NCBI GenBank assembly: GCA_043228905.1
Contig: JBHGNT010000009.1
Span: forward strand, 4,464,001-4,528,000
DNA length: 64,000 bases
Direction of reading: 5' to 3'
Source: Azolla caroliniana
Taxonomy: Eukaryota; Plantae; Polypodiophyta
This document shows, one piece after another, positions 46,546 through 60,499 of this stretch; the stretch's first letter is position 1; each line of letters starts with the position of its first letter. The notes under the pieces were generated by a model. It was not told where the DNA came from and made no database searches. It was given only the letters and a program-made list of their open reading frames with translations. The position numbers were made by a program, and so were the translations under genes.

Positions 46546-49060
46546 AGCCCAGTACTTCGTAACATTCATTGATGATCACAGCCGGAAGCTGTGGACGGCA
46601 CCGTTGAAGACAAAGGACCAAGTGTTGTGCGTCTTCAAAGAACTCCACGCGAGAGTGGAAAGGGAATCCGGCAAGAAGCTGAAAGCGATACGAGCGGATA
46701 ACGGAGGGGAATACCGGGGGCAGTTCCAAGAGTACTGTCGCTCGAAGGGAATCCGACTCGAGTTTACTGTGCCGAAGACGCCGGAACTGAACGAGCTGGT
46801 CGAGAGGATGAACCGGACCATAATGGAGAGGGTCCGGAGTATGATGGCGCATGCGAAATTACCCAAGGGGTTCTGGGCTGAGGCAATGTCGACGGCGACA
46901 TACGTGATAAACAGATCACCCTCAGTACCTTTGGACGGAGACACGCCGCAGAAAGTGTGGACCGGTAAGGAAGTGTCCTACCGGCATCTGAAGGTGTTCG
47001 GGTGTCTCGCATACGTGCATGTGGCAAAGGACCGGAGGGGAAAGCTAGATCCAAAGACCCGGCCATGCATATTCCTTGGTTACGGCGACGATGAGTTCAG
47101 CTACCGAGTATGGGACCCGGTCGACAAGAAGATATTCAGGAGTCGAGACATCATCTTCATGGAGGACAAGACACTCGCCGACTGGGAGTCGGAGAAGAAG
47201 ATGAAGAGCTCCAAGTCGACCGGTGAGGATCAACTCTACGAGGAGCAGTCCCGACCGGCAAGGGACCGGTTAGCACTCAAGGATCCGGCCGAAGACGGTG
47301 AAGAAACAGAACCGGCCGAAGAAGATGAAAATGATACCGGAACCGGCCCCGATCCCGAAATGGATTCAGATGAAGAAGAATCGGAAGAACCGGTTACCGA
47401 AGCTCCGGAACGGAGATATCCTCTAAGAGAGAGAAGGGCCCCCCGGAGATTTCCGGAACCAGAGCACGTGCTGCTAACCGACGAGGGGGAGCCGGAGAGC
47501 TTTGAAGAAGCAAAGCATGACACCCAGAGCCGCAGGTGGTTGAGTGCCATGCAGGACGAGATGGATTCCCTGCATGAGAACCACACATATGAACTTGTGG
47601 AGTTGCCGAAAGGAAAGCGGGCACTTCGAAACAAGTGGGTGTTCAAGCTGAAACCGGGAGATGCCGGAAACCCCCCGAGATACAAAGCCAGGATTGTGGT
47701 GAAGGGGTTTCTGCAGAAGAAGGGCGTCGACTTCGACGAAATATTTGCCCCGGTAGTGAAGATGACCTCCATCCGGACGGTGCTGAGCATAGCGGCAAGC
47801 ATGGACCTCGAGGTAGAACAGATGGACGTGAAGACGGCATTCCTTCACGGCGACCTCGAAGAAGAGATCTACATGCAGCAACCGGAAGGATTCGAGAAGA
47901 AAGGGAAGGAGCACCTGGTATGCCGGTTGAAGAAGAGCCTTTACGGACTGAAGCAGGCTCCCCGGCAATGGTACCGGAAGTTCGACTCCTTCATGACCGA
48001 CGAAGGGTACCTCAAAACGCAGTCCGACCACTGCGTGTTTGTGAAGAAGTTCGAAGGAGGAGACTTTCTAATACTCCTCCTGTACGTGGACGACATGTTG
48101 ATCGTCGGACGGGACCAGGTCAAGATACGGATGCTGAAGAAGGCTCTTCACCGAACCTTCTCAATGAAGGACTTGGGTCCGGCAAGGCAAATACTAGGGA
48201 TGCACATCATCCGGGACCGGAAGAAGAAGCAGTTGTGGCTGTCACAGGAGAAGTACGTGACAAAGGTGCTTAAACGGTTCAACATGTCGGAAGCAAGACC
48301 GGTCGGATCGACCCTCCCGGCAAACTGCAAGCTGTCCAGCAAGCAAAGTCCCAAGACAAAGGCTGAAAAGGAGGATATGATGAAAGTGTCGTATGCCTCA
48401 GCCGTCGGGAGCTTGATGTACGCCATGGTGTGTACGAGACCGGACATCGGATATGCAGTCGGAGTGGTGAGCCGGTACATGAGCAATCCCGGCAAAGAGC
48501 ATTGGAACGCGGCCAAGTGGATACTCCGATACCTGAAGGGCACGGCAAACGTGTGCCTCCGATTCGGCTCCGGTAAGCCCGAACTCGACGGCTTCACCGA
48601 TTCGGATATGTCGGCTGACGCAGATACCAGCCGGTCCACATCAGGGTATGTGATGACGTATGCAGGGGGAGCTGTTTCGTGGCAGTCGAGGCTGCAGAAG
48701 ACGGTTGCGTTGTCAACCACGGAGGCGGAGTACATGGCGGCTGTTGAAGCCGGCAAGGAAATAATATGGATGAAGGACTTCATTAGAGAGCTCGGTATCC
48801 GGCAGGAGGAGTACCGACTCTACTGCGACAGTCAGAGTGCAATCCACCTTGCGAAGAACGCGGCCTATCACTCCCGGACGAAGCACATCCAGCGAAGATA
48901 TCACTGGATCCGGGAAAGGATAGAAGACAAGGAGTTCGTGCTGACAAAGATCCACACGGACGAGAACGGGTCGGATATGCTGACCAAGGTCCTCACACCC
49001 GACAAGCTGGAAGCATGCCGGAAGAGGATCGGATTGGAGAGACATCCCATGCCGAAGTGA
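46546..49060 (+). CDS. E5 gag-pol, 3' part (integrase core, RT, RNase H)
   Basis: FIDD...RADNGGEY...ERMNR, LYGLKQAPRQW, LYVDDML, ALSTTEAEY, SDMLTK; no stops. Confidence 0.95.
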
Positions 49061-49678
49061 AGGGGGAGTTTGTTGGGATTACGGTCCCTTCGGATGGGAT
49101 GGTCGGATGTCGGAGATGAATGCCGACGAGCCCGGTTTCGGTTTCGGATCCGGATGACGAAGACCCCGGTTTCGGTGCCGGATGACGAATGTACCCGGAG
49201 AGCGATCCGGATGCAGGGACATATCCGTGAATATGTTCGCTATGGGCCCCTGAGGCTATAGTTGTAAATAGCCCAAAGTCATATAAGTATAAATATGACT
49301 TAGGGCAAACAGTCTTAGTGTTGCTGATCATTTTTTCTGTTTTTCCACTCTAGAGGAGTGAAGAGAGAGCAGCCGTGAGAGAGAGAGAGAGATAGAGCGC
49401 GAGAGAGGAAGAGGTAGACGCCTCTGTGTATTTCCGCCGCCTGTGGCGAGGACAGCGAGCTCAAGGTCGTCGCCTTGCAGCTCGTCATTGTATACTTCTC
49501 TGTATAGTGTTGGTTTGGAGTCTTGTACTCCCGTGGTTTTTCCCGTCTAGGGTTTTCCACGTTAATCGCTGTGTATCCGTGTTCTTTTCTCTGTGTTTCC
49601 AATTTTCTGCTGCATTGATTCGCGATTACTTGGTTGTGGCCGAGTGGTGAAGGTGAATAGAAGCGTCTATTCCTTACA

Positions 49679-51822
49679 TTCCGGACTCTCATCTTGAGTC
49701 CCGTCTTCATCATCCTCTGTCAGGGCTGATTCAAGCTCACTGGCCTGATCTTCCGACATTGGGTCGGGATCGGAAGTCGGAGTCGGTACGGAGTACCAGG
49801 ATGTCGATTCATCGAACTCGACATCCCGGCTAACTCGGACTTCCTTCGTCCGGGGGTTATAGCACTTATACCCCTTTTGCTCTTGAGCATAGCCGACTAG
49901 GATGCATTTTTCCGATTTTGCATCCAGCTTTCTCCGCTTCTGATCCGGCACATGCACATACGCTATGCTGCCGAATATCCGAAGGTGTCTTAAGTTCGGC
50001 TTACGCCCGAAATACAGCTCATGAGTTGACACCTTGTCACCAATGCGGTTTTGTATGTAGACGGTCGTCCGGACCGCCTCCGCCCAGTAGAACTGGGGCA
50101 TGCTCTTCTCCTCCAACATTGCCCTTGCCGCTTTGACGAGTGTCCGGTTCTTCCTTTCGGCCACACCGTTTTGCTCCGGTGTGTATCTGCAACTGAACTC
50201 TCGCCGAATTCCCTTCTGCTGCAGATAACTAGTGAATTGGCCGGAAAAATATTCCTTTCCACCATCCGACCGAAGGCATTTGATCTTCCTCTCTGATTCC
50301 CGTTCCACCATCTTCTGGAGGCTCCGGAAACAGTCGAAGACTTCGCTCTTCCGCTCAATGAGGTAGATCCAAGTATGTCGAGTATAGTCGTCGATGAAGG
50401 AGACAAAGTATCGGCTCCCGCCAAGGCTTACACTTTGTGCCGGTCCCCACACATCCGAATGGATGAGATCGAGCTTGTTACGGCTCCGGTTCCGTTCGGT
50501 GGGGAATGGAAGCCGGTGTTGCTTCCCAAGTTGGCAGGCTTCACAAATTTCGGCTCTCCGGCCGCTGAACTTCGGCAAACCGAAAACAAGTTGTTTTGTT
50601 TGCAGGTCTTGAAGCCTCCGGTAGTTGACGTGGCCTATCCGCGTGTGCCACAGGTCAATGTCCGACTCGACCTTCTGTCGTTTCGCGAACAAAGCGGTGC
50701 CAAAGTCATTGGTGTTGAGGATAAACATCCTCCCGTCTCTGTGCCCTTGTGCAATGACTTCGCCCTCATCCTCAATGAAGCACCCGAGGTGTGTAAACCG
50801 CACCTGCATCCCCTGGTCGACAATCTGACCAATGGACACCAGGTTCTTCGTGATTGTCAGAACATGTAATACGTTCATCAGCTTCCCTTTCTGTCCGACG
50901 TGGCTTAGAGGGACTTCTCCGACGTGCACGATTGGGTGAGGAGTGTCGTCTCCGGTTTCGACTACTCCTGGTCGATCCGGTTTCTCCAGAAAGGAGAACC
51001 ACTCTTTGTGGCTCGTCATGTGGTTCGACGCGCCGGAATCAACATACCACACTTCCTCCGTTTTGGAAGTGGTCTTCTTCATTGAGTTTGCCTTGTGATT
51101 CATCACCAAGGATGGCCCCTTACCGGCCTTTCCGGTTCCAGATCCTCCTGATCCGTTTGCGTAGTGCGAGTTTTGCCGACCATCCTTACTGGTCTTGCTG
51201 GATCCGGATTTGTCCGAATCGGTACGCTTTCTCCAGCACTCGCTTTCCCTGTGGCCTTTTTTGCCACAGTACCAGCATTCCGTAGCGGATTTGTCTTGCC
51301 GGCCTCCGGCACCGCCTTGACTCCCCTTGCTTGTGGAAGTCCCGAACTGCCGTCGGCACGCTCATAGTGCCTCCGTTCCTGCTCTTGCCGGCCGCCTCCA
51401 TTGCGTGCCAACCCACCTCTTCCACCACGCCCACGGAGCCGATCCGTTCCCGCGTACAGCATTCAGTTGTCCGGGGATGCACTGGTAGATGCACCGGCGT
51501 GGTTCTCCTCTACAAGGAGCATCGACTGTAAGTCGAAGAATGAGGGGGTATTCTCCCTTCTACACACCGCAGTCCGGAACGCTCCGAACTCGGACGCCAG
51601 GCCTCCGAGACATACCTACACCATCTTGTCTTCCTCTACGGTAACATTGATAGAGGCGAGCGAGTCCTTGTGTGCCGAGTCGGGCGCCGCATCATTCGCT
51701 CCTTCGACATAACTCCAGTACCCGTGTCCAAGCAAGTACTGGTGCATCTTGTAAGACCAGGATGCGTAGTTGCTCCTGTCGAGCTTCTCCACCGGGAGCG
51801 ACGTAGCCATGCCTCTATCCAT
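49679..51822 (-). pseudogene. E3 gag, protease and integrase
   Basis: MDRGMATSL start, gag deletion near 51660, WYVDSGASNHM, HSDVWGP, AERKNR. Confidence 0.93.
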
Positions 51823-53721
51823 GTCTTCTACTGTGTCTGTTTTCGACCTGTTAGGGTTTTCTTCTCAAGAGTAAATGTCTGCAGCAGAGGTTCTCAACCC
51901 TCGCGCTCTGATACCATGTAAACGTGAGTGTTTGCGGAAGCGTAAAACAGAGAACAACACACAAAGAGAGAGAAAGAGAGAGAGACAGAGAGAGCAGAAC
52001 ACAATTTCAAAATTATTTCGAGACTCTATATACACACTGTGCTAAGTAGCACTATTTATACAAGTCCTCTTGGGACTGACAGAAGTACCATGTACTTCAA
52101 TGCTCACACGAGCATCTGACACTTACTAAGAGACTATAGCTACCTAGTAGTCTATCCTATACTAGGCTTCCGATAGGACTTCCAGTTACGGATTGCACCC
52201 GGCCTCCACTGCTTGCCGGTTCGGTTGCTCACCGTCATACCGATCCGTTTCACCCGATCCGTCTCGCTTACCGGCTCCGGCTTATTCAGCCGATCCGGCT
52301 CCGGTTGAGCTTGCCGCTCAACATTCTTCCAGCACTCACTCTCTCTGTGGCCTTTCTTGCCACAGTACCAGCATTTTATGTCAGTTTTCAACTACCAGTT
52401 TCCAGCTCCCACTTGACTCCCCCTGCTTGTGGAGGGTCCAAAACTGTTGTCGGCACCCATCTTTGTGCCTTCGGTTCTGCTCTTGTCGGCCAGCTCCATT
52501 GTGTGCCGACCCACCTCGTCCTCCACGCCCACGGGGTTGATCCACCTCCATGTATAGAATCTGGATGTCTGATTGAGTGGTCCTCGACCCACTCACGTGG
52601 TTTTCTTCGACCATCAACATGGATTGTAAGTTGAAGAAGGAAGGTGGCTTCTCCCGGGTGCAAATTGTCGTCCAGATTGGCCCGTACCGTTGTGCTAGAC
52701 CACCAAGACAGATCTGGACCATCTCGTCTTCTTCCCCCATTACCTTGATGGATCCGAGTGCATCGCAAATCTCCTTAATCTTGGTGGTATAGTCGTAACC
52801 AACATATCTCTCTGTCGGATGTTGTTCAGCTCTTGTCAAAGCTACAACTTACAGGTTGTGGTACTTGTGGTAAAAATCTTCCATAGATTTTTCCAAGCCT
52901 CCTTTAGCGTTTTTGCATCCTTGATGTAGCTGAGCATTTGATCGTGCACACCGGACGTGAGGCAGTACAATACTTGGCTCGTGAGGCAGTACAATACTTG
53001 GCTCGCTCCTTGCTCCCATGCCGGGAAGGCTTTGTGTGCCGGCTCTGGTGCTACCTCATTAGTTCCTTCCACATAGCTCCAATATCCATGCCCCAACAAG
53101 TACTAGTTCATTTTATATGACCAGGATGCATTGTTTCTCCGGTCGCACTTTTTTGTGGGAAGCGAACTTGCCATACCCCTATCCATTTCGGTTCTCTATT
53201 GTTCTTCATTGGGTGTTAGGGTTTGTCTTCAAAGGCGTCTGTCGGCTGCAGAGGAGTCTCAACCCTCGCGCTCTGATAGCATGTAAAAGTTAGCGTGCGG
53301 GAAAACTGGTTTAGTCATGCAGCAACAAAGAATTGAAAACACGGGTTCAATGGAAGATTGAGAATATTTAGCATACAAGGAGAGACACAGAGAGAGTAGA
53401 ACATAAAACTCTATTCTAAAATAATAATCCTCTATGTACATAGAATGTGCTCATAGAGCACTTTTATACAAGTCCATAAAGGACTGATAGAAGTACTGAC
53501 AGGTACTTCAATGCTCATACGAGTGAGTGTCACTGACTCCCAAAAATATGCCTACGTACTAGGTTGGATCTGTAGGCCTCTAATAGCCTATCGGTTTCAA
53601 TCCGATCCGGCTCCTGGTTCTGGATATAATCCGGACACCAATCCGGTTATCCGTTCCGGATATCGATCCGGCTTTAGCTTATTCAGACGATTCGGATCCG
53701 GTTGAGCTTGCTTGCTCAACA

Positions 53722-54800
53722 GATCCCACTCCAAATCACATAAGGGCTTGTTGTCGAAAAACCATAGTTTACAATCCTGATCAAGTGTCTTAGGGTCCAG
53801 GTTCAATTGCCACCTCCGACCCTCCAACACTGCCACCCGCACTGCCAACCACCTGCCATCTTCTGTCAAAGAACTTAGCTTACCCCACAAACACTCCTCG
53901 TTAGTTGAGCACCTACCACGGATAAGTTGTGCATCACCCTCACCTACAAATAAACCTGACCAAACCGCCTCTTCCACATTCAACTTACCTAATCCATCAA
54001 CGGCCTTATCTATCAGGTGGGTCACCTTCCCTAGTCTTCCGGTAAACCTACAACTAACAGCATGAACCACCCGCCTCTTCATGTTAAAGACCCCCCAATC
54101 GTGTACCAACCTAATCTTGTACCCTAGCATCCTCCCCCAAGGCAAGTACTTTTTCTGTCCAAGCATTATACCGTCTTCACTTCTAATCCTAGGGTTCCAA
54201 AAATGCGGTTGTCGTAGCCATTCATCCAACGTTTTTGGTTGCATTAAGACCAATCATTCTCTTAAACTTGACCAAGCGTTCATTATGGGGCGAACCACCC
54301 TATCCTTCGTGCTAGCCGGTTCTTTCAACTTTAGAGCTGGACTGAGCAACCACCATGTATTTGCTTGCCAATGACCCCCATTCCTGGGACACTAAAGGTC
54401 AGCTCTGTTCCTAAGGAGCATCTTCCACAATTCTGGTCTCGATTGCAGACTTCGTACAAGAAGCTTACCAAGTAGAGCCTTACTTTGGTGAACCGGATCC
54501 ACCAGTCCAAGTCCTCCTTGATTCTTCGCCTTAATTAAACAACCCCACACCACTTTAGCTGACACCATCTCATTGTCTCTACCCGACCAAAGGAACCCTC
54601 TCACCAATGCCTTAATATTTTTTATGCAAGCTTTGTCTAACATCTAACATGCCACTAAGTGCCACATGGTGGCCAACAAAATATGTTTCATCACAACCAC
54701 CCTGCAAGGGCAAGCTTTACTGATGCCCACAACCGAAGCGTTTTTCTAATTTTGTCTTTCACCTGCTCGAGCTACTAATTTTTAGGTGTCTCAACTCCCA
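53722..54800 (-). pseudogene. LINE-B ORF2 post-RT region (5'-truncated L1-like relic)
   Basis: LVRGFLWSG...KVVWGCLIKAKNQGGLGL...KALLGK and WLRQPHFWNP, which parallels FLRQLLLWNP in LINE-A. Confidence 0.8.
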
Positions 54801-55663
54801 CCAAATTACGTATGTTTATTTTACCATATCACCTAAAAGACTCTATGCATATAGAAGTTCTGACCCTTTAACCCAGCATTACATACTTAGAGGGCGAGAG
54901 TATCTATCTTCAAGCTTTATTTGGGTGTTTATTGAAGATCAAGTTATGAAATATACTTCCTTTATTAATTGGACATCCATTGCCGTTCCTAGACAAAGTA
55001 AGTTTTCATAAGAAAAACTTCTTGATGAATGCAATAGATAACATTTGGTATTAATATATGATCGTTATGAATATTTATACATTGTATCCATTTCATTATT
55101 ATACACATTGGCATGTGGTGAGAGTAACATGAGTTGTGATATGAGTGAATGACAGAGATTTATTACATGTTTAATCTTTTGACGCTATTTTAGATTGTGG
55201 TTTACACTATTATATTGAGATGGATAATTAGTTGTCACTTCTGTATGTTTGGTGGATGTGTTGTTGGCAATGAAGTGATGGTTCTTGGGAAATGAGATAT
55301 GAATGGTATGTTGTCATTATACAACTTTTTGTTATCTATGTCATTTTAAAGGGTAGTACATACCTCATAAAACAAGCTATAAAATAACATCAACATATTG
55401 TATGGTTGTATATATTGATGAATCACATAAGCTCTTATTCTATTACAATCATTTAGAACATCGAAATTGACTAAATATTCCACTAGGTTAAATAAGGCCC
55501 CAACGAAAAGTGTATAGGTATAGCTTCCTTGACTTGTATGATTGGGAGCTTACATTTTGAAGCATACCATGCTCAACGAATCTAAGTATAACTTGCTTGG
55601 CTTGTAACACTTACAAATTGGGAACAAATTCGTTGACCATGATGATGCATGTGGAAGGACGTC

Positions 55664-55940
55664 TAAGAGTTGGCAGTGACTCGGCTCAAGCCCAAACTAA
55701 TCCGTTGAACAATTTTTAAACGGTTTGGGAGGTCGACTTCGCTTGGTTCATGTTTGACCTTCCTTAATCGGTTTGAGCTCGATGTGGTTTGGCTTGAGCC
55801 TTGCCAAACCAGTTAAGCCTTAACGGGTTTAGGGATAAGTTCAGTTCAAGTTTGAAAACTCCCAAACCGATCAAGGCTTAACTGGTTTTTTGGACAAGGC
55901 CAAACCAGTTAGGCCAAAACCGAATTGGTGCCGATTCCTA
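55664..55940. mobile_element. Degenerate hAT-type MITE
   Basis: Imperfect TIRs TAAGAGTTGGCA / TAGGAATCGGCA (reverse complement), near-TSD AGGACGTC/AGGACTCC (6 of 8), internal AAACC/GGTTT motifs. Confidence 0.5.
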
Positions 55941-57239
55941 AGGACTCCTATTGAAGAAGACTATTCAAATAAACAATATGCTCATTCAAGGAAGAATCAA
56001 CACCATGGTTCGAGAAATTCCTCGTATATTTAGTGCTTTCTCATTGGAAACCAAAACCGATAGCGGCAAAGCTACAACACTATATATAAGTGCATGTCCT
56101 AACATGCATATATACATAATAAGTACCATGCACAGTGAGTAACTTACAAGAAAGATCACCAAGGTGTTTAAGCGTAAGATCCTCACAACTTGTGAGCATA
56201 ATGATACGAGATTGCATGTCCATAAAACTAGTACACAAGTTGCACAATGATTTGGAGGACCCGCATGTGATAGCTTTAGCGCGTTGAATTAAAGGCATGT
56301 TGGGGATAATAGTCAAGCCCAAGCCATTTGAAGAACTACTTCGAGTTGTTAATGATGACCATGTTCTTGAACAAGGTCCCAAGAATTGGGTTGTTCACAT
56401 CAATAAAACTATATGTGAATTTGATTTAAAAGGTGCCATTTGGTCATCATCTAAAATTCCTTTGATAATAATTGTATAAGATGGTGTTGAACCAACAATG
56501 CTTTAACATATTATGATATTTCCTATTGTCCGTATGTCATAGGTTTTTGTGAACTGAAGTTTGTACAAGTAGTACATGCTTAAGAAATATTTTTAAAAAT
56601 AGTTGCTTATGCTAAGCAATAAACTCATTAAAAATATGCGAGCTAAAGAATGCAACCATCCATGAACCAAAACAATCATGTCAAACTTGTGCAATTTTCT
56701 ATGGGAGACCATTTGAGTAGCCACTTGATTGTGGATGGGTCTTATAATGCAATTTCCATTAAGAAAAACAATATTTTCATTTGCTTTATCAATTCTTTGT
56801 TGCTTGGTCATTTGTTTGAAACGGGATAGGGTACAAGCGCGTGTGTATGCCCTTAATAAATTGTGGATACAATAGATTTTTTGGATGATTTTTTAAACTC
56901 ATTAAACAAAAGCAATTGATATTGTATACAATAGATATAGTAGTATAAGTACAATACTATTAAGATCTCATGCATGGATCGACATTTAAAAAGATGTTTT
57001 GATTTGTTTATGCCATATGTGCATTATTGGCTAAACCCTTTAAGAAACTATTCATAGCGAACACTTTGTCATGATATGTGTCCGTATTATTTTTTTAAAA
57101 GATATAATCATTGTAAAATGCATCCCATGTTCACCTTTTGAAGTTCGAGTATTTAATTTGTATGCTCCACTAAACTCATTTTCGCTATACATAAGATAAA
57201 TAAATAAATCTTCCAATCAATGATGATGCATTATATGCT

Positions 57240-57621
57240 AGAGTTTAGTCTTACCTTACGTTATGTCCATAGGTGTGTATGTATAGATGGACACAAGCAT
57301 GTAAAACCGCAGTTTAATGGTTCCGTTTCGGTTTTCAAGTTTAGGTCAAAATTCAAATTCTCAATTCTCAATTTTAATGTTTTAAAATTGTTCAAAAATT
57401 TAGAGATTTTCCCTAAAATGTAAGAATTAGCCTTAAAAATGAAAAGGTTGTTAAATAAAATATTTAAGAAAATAATCAACTGCCAATCCATATTTAAACT
57501 AAACAAAAACTAAACCGTTAGAAAAAAGCTTGAACCCAAACTGGGCCGTTTTAACCATTAAGCAATTATGTCGTGATTTTACGGTTTGGTTCGGTGCAGA
57601 CTGAATCGTTGTCGATTGCTA
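57240..57621. mobile_element. Possible second MITE related to 55664-55940
   Basis: Right end CTGAATCGTTGTCGATTGCTA resembles CCGAATTGGTGCCGATTCCTA; AAACCG/CGGTTT motifs. Left end uncertain. Confidence 0.3.
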
Positions 57622-58723
57622 CATCTAAATACACAACTCCTTTTATCAGTAAGCAAACTGAACCATCCCGAGGGGGTTGAGCGTGAAGAAGAGAGAGACA
57701 CACACACAATATTGAGAGGCAAAACTTCTACTATCATTATGTCCCCTATGGTGGGGTTATATAGGTACATTACATGAGGTTTACGAATCAAGAACATACA
57801 ATGGGGTTTGCAGGTTAGTTACATAACCTTGTAACAAGCTACCCACTTTACATATTTGCACACATTCACATAAATGTGCATGTGTTTAATATATTAATAT
57901 ACTCACACAGTCGCGCTTATATGCACATTTGCACATACACTTACAAGTTACACATGACTTTTAATACAAAGACTTTAGACTTATCTATCCACGTACCAAC
58001 ACACTACACTCATACACTTTCAAACCCACTGATAACAAATATATCACCAAGAATCACACATGTTTATTGATCAATAATGCTAGTATTTATGTGATTGTCG
58101 TGTGTGTTAACAACAAACATCATGCTTGTAAATATGTATCACATGCAAACCTCATGTGAATCCTTTTGGTATTGTCAATATAATTGATATAAGGTTAGAA
58201 AAGGTTGTTCATGCTTCATAGAATGAGGGAATTCATGTTATTATAAGCATTTGATTGTTGTAATCTCTCTACACATAATAACTGTACACATTATCGCAAG
58301 GAAATATGAGTTTTTATGATGAATGCAACATCAAAACCATGGCTTGAGTTTTGAAGCAATTGTATGATACATTGTTGAATGTTTTTTTCTAGAATGATAT
58401 TAACCCTATATAGTCCACCCCTCGTCATTTAAGAAAGAGGAGTTTAACAAAATTGTCTCATTATTTTCATAGAATTCCTATAAGGTATGTATTATTCCTC
58501 AAATTCCTTAAACTACATTTGATTCCCACACACATGTTGTTTGGTTCCACCTCTAGCGTTGTCTTCCATCACCCTTTTGCTTCTCTCCTTTTCATTATCG
58601 TTCTCCATGTTTCTCCCTTGTTGTCTCAAGGCAAAGTTCAGAAATTGCATATATTTAATGAATTATTATTATATAATTCATTAGCATGAAATATCTTGTT
58701 CAGACATTCCCATATTCAACTTT

Positions 58724-59049
58724 TTTTTTCTCCAAAAAAAACCACTACATCGTATTAGTTAGCAAATAGAATACAACAAAGTTTATCCAAATCCACAATG
58801 GGATCAACATATACAACTTGGAGAAACAACTCCAAAACTATCAACCAAAAAGAGCAAAAAAAACTCAACCGATCCTTAACTCAAGCAAAATTGAATTAAA
58901 CCCTATTTTACCCCGACTTCACAACTCCCTGACGCACATTTATGTCAGCTATACATACATAATCACAACCCATGTACAATATTGGGAGCCATCGGTGGAA
59001 ACAGCCACCTAGGTGCTTGGTAATTCCACTTAGGCCTGGATGAAGATTT
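58724..59049 (-). mobile_element. Short 5'-truncated retroposed fragment, probably an L1 3' end
   Basis: 21-bp direct repeats GACATTCCCATATTCAACTTT at 58703 and 59050; T-run at the left end (minus-strand poly-A); minus strand reads PKWNYQAPRWLFPP. Confidence 0.6.
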
Positions 59050-60499
59050 GACATTCCCATATTCAACTTTCACTTTATCCAAGAGTATTTGAGGAAGAAA
59101 TTGGTGAGGCCCATCTTCGTCTCTAGATATTCCTCTCTTCTGTCCTTAAAACTTGATATAATCCATACAAATCTTTCAACCATTTCTAGGTCAAACCAAG
59201 TGAATGAGAATCCTTGAAATACACGAAAAATTATTTCTCCCATGATAAATTGCAAGTTAGTGAGTTATAAGTACAATAGATATGCAAAAATAAGCTAATG
59301 CCATTTCGAATGCTATCAAACATTCAATAGCAAGTAGCAATTGCATGAAGGGAATCAAAATCTTAGAATACGAGAAACGTATATAAACAATACATATATC
59401 ACAATGTGAAAGCATTGCACTTAAAGCATAGATATTTAACTAATCAAATAATAAACTAATAATACATAAACACACACACACTTGTATGCATAGAAAAATA
59501 CACAATATGTATATACACGCATATACTCATTCTATTTTACTTTGTGAATGTGAAGACAATTTTTTTATTTTAGGTTGGATATATTGTCACTGACATGTGT
59601 TCAAACATCCTGAGCATTTTATTGGTCGGGATACATTTCACACGTCGTTCATGAATCCAAAAAATTGTGAGTCTTATATTCTTATCCAAGAGCGTGCAAA
59701 GCGATAGATTCTCCTTAACATATGGCTTTACAACTTCACTTTTTCAGAAACCCAAAGGTTAAAAACAACTTCACCTCTGTTAGGCAATGGTGAAACTACA
59801 CTTTTTCAGAACAAAAAGGAACGATAGATCATAACATCACCTTCCAATGGCATGCAACTTGATGGTTTCTCTTTAAACTATGACTTGACAAATTCAATTC
59901 TCACAACTGATGGTTTCTCGGGCGATTTTGAAAAGGAACTTCCTTTATAGAAGCATGTGATAACACATTTAAAACTTTCTTTACCACGAGGTGTTGAGGG
60001 ATTCCCACTTAGATAATAGGAGATGGCCATCTAAAATGAGCAACAATTATTACATGCTAAAGGGATGAAAGCATTGCCTTTATCCACACTTTGGGAGACT
60101 TTAGACCTCCCGATTGATTACAACTTCTAGATGTTAAAGTTGTTTTGAATGACAATGTGAAGTTTGAGCTCGTGGTTTTTAGTCTTAAGGTTGTCAATTC
60201 AAGCCTTAAGCGATGGGCTTGATGTTTTATTCATCCTAAAACATCATGAGATTTTGAGTCTAAGGTCACACATTACTAACCAACTTGCTCCTATACATGA
60301 CCATTACTATCGATATCTTTTCCAAACCACAAGATGCGTAAACGATAGAAAAAGCAAATGTGAGCAAATATTATGTACAATGAGAGCCATTAAAAACATT
60401 AGATTGCACTCATGTTTGCAAATGATAACATTGAAATGAAATACTTGTTAAAGCCTTGAACATCTTTAGAGGACGTATCCATAAGACGTGAATGTAAAT

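Larger units (their letters stand above)
40825..49678 (+). mobile_element. Ty1/Copia element E5 (Tnt1/Tork-like), young, interrupted by element D
   Basis: 608-bp LTRs 40825-41432 and 49071-49678 (3 mismatches seen). TSD TTCCG; PBS TGGTATCAGAGC 41436-41447; PPT 49058-49070. Confidence 0.97.
37791..52323 (-). mobile_element. Ty1/Copia element E3, inserted at the E4 gag zinc knuckle
   Basis: 407-bp LTRs 37791-38197 and 51917-52323 (~12 mismatches). TSD TTCTT; iMet PBS 51905-51916; PPT 38198-38209. Confidence 0.96.
13993..53721 (-). mobile_element. Ty1/Copia element E4 (old, internally deleted), expanded to ~40 kb by nested insertions
   Basis: 5' LTR 53282-53721; truncated homologous 3' LTR 13993-~14350. 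TSD GATCC (13988-13992, 53722-53726). PBS 53270-53281. Coding remnants at 52324-53180, 36900-37790 and 14934-15990 rejoin (GILLS|QRHYV). Confidence 0.85.

Noticed and set aside
56080-56850. hAT transposase remnant (FLNGNCIIRP...VAT)
   Set aside because: Only a faint resemblance to one motif; a profile search is needed before calling it.
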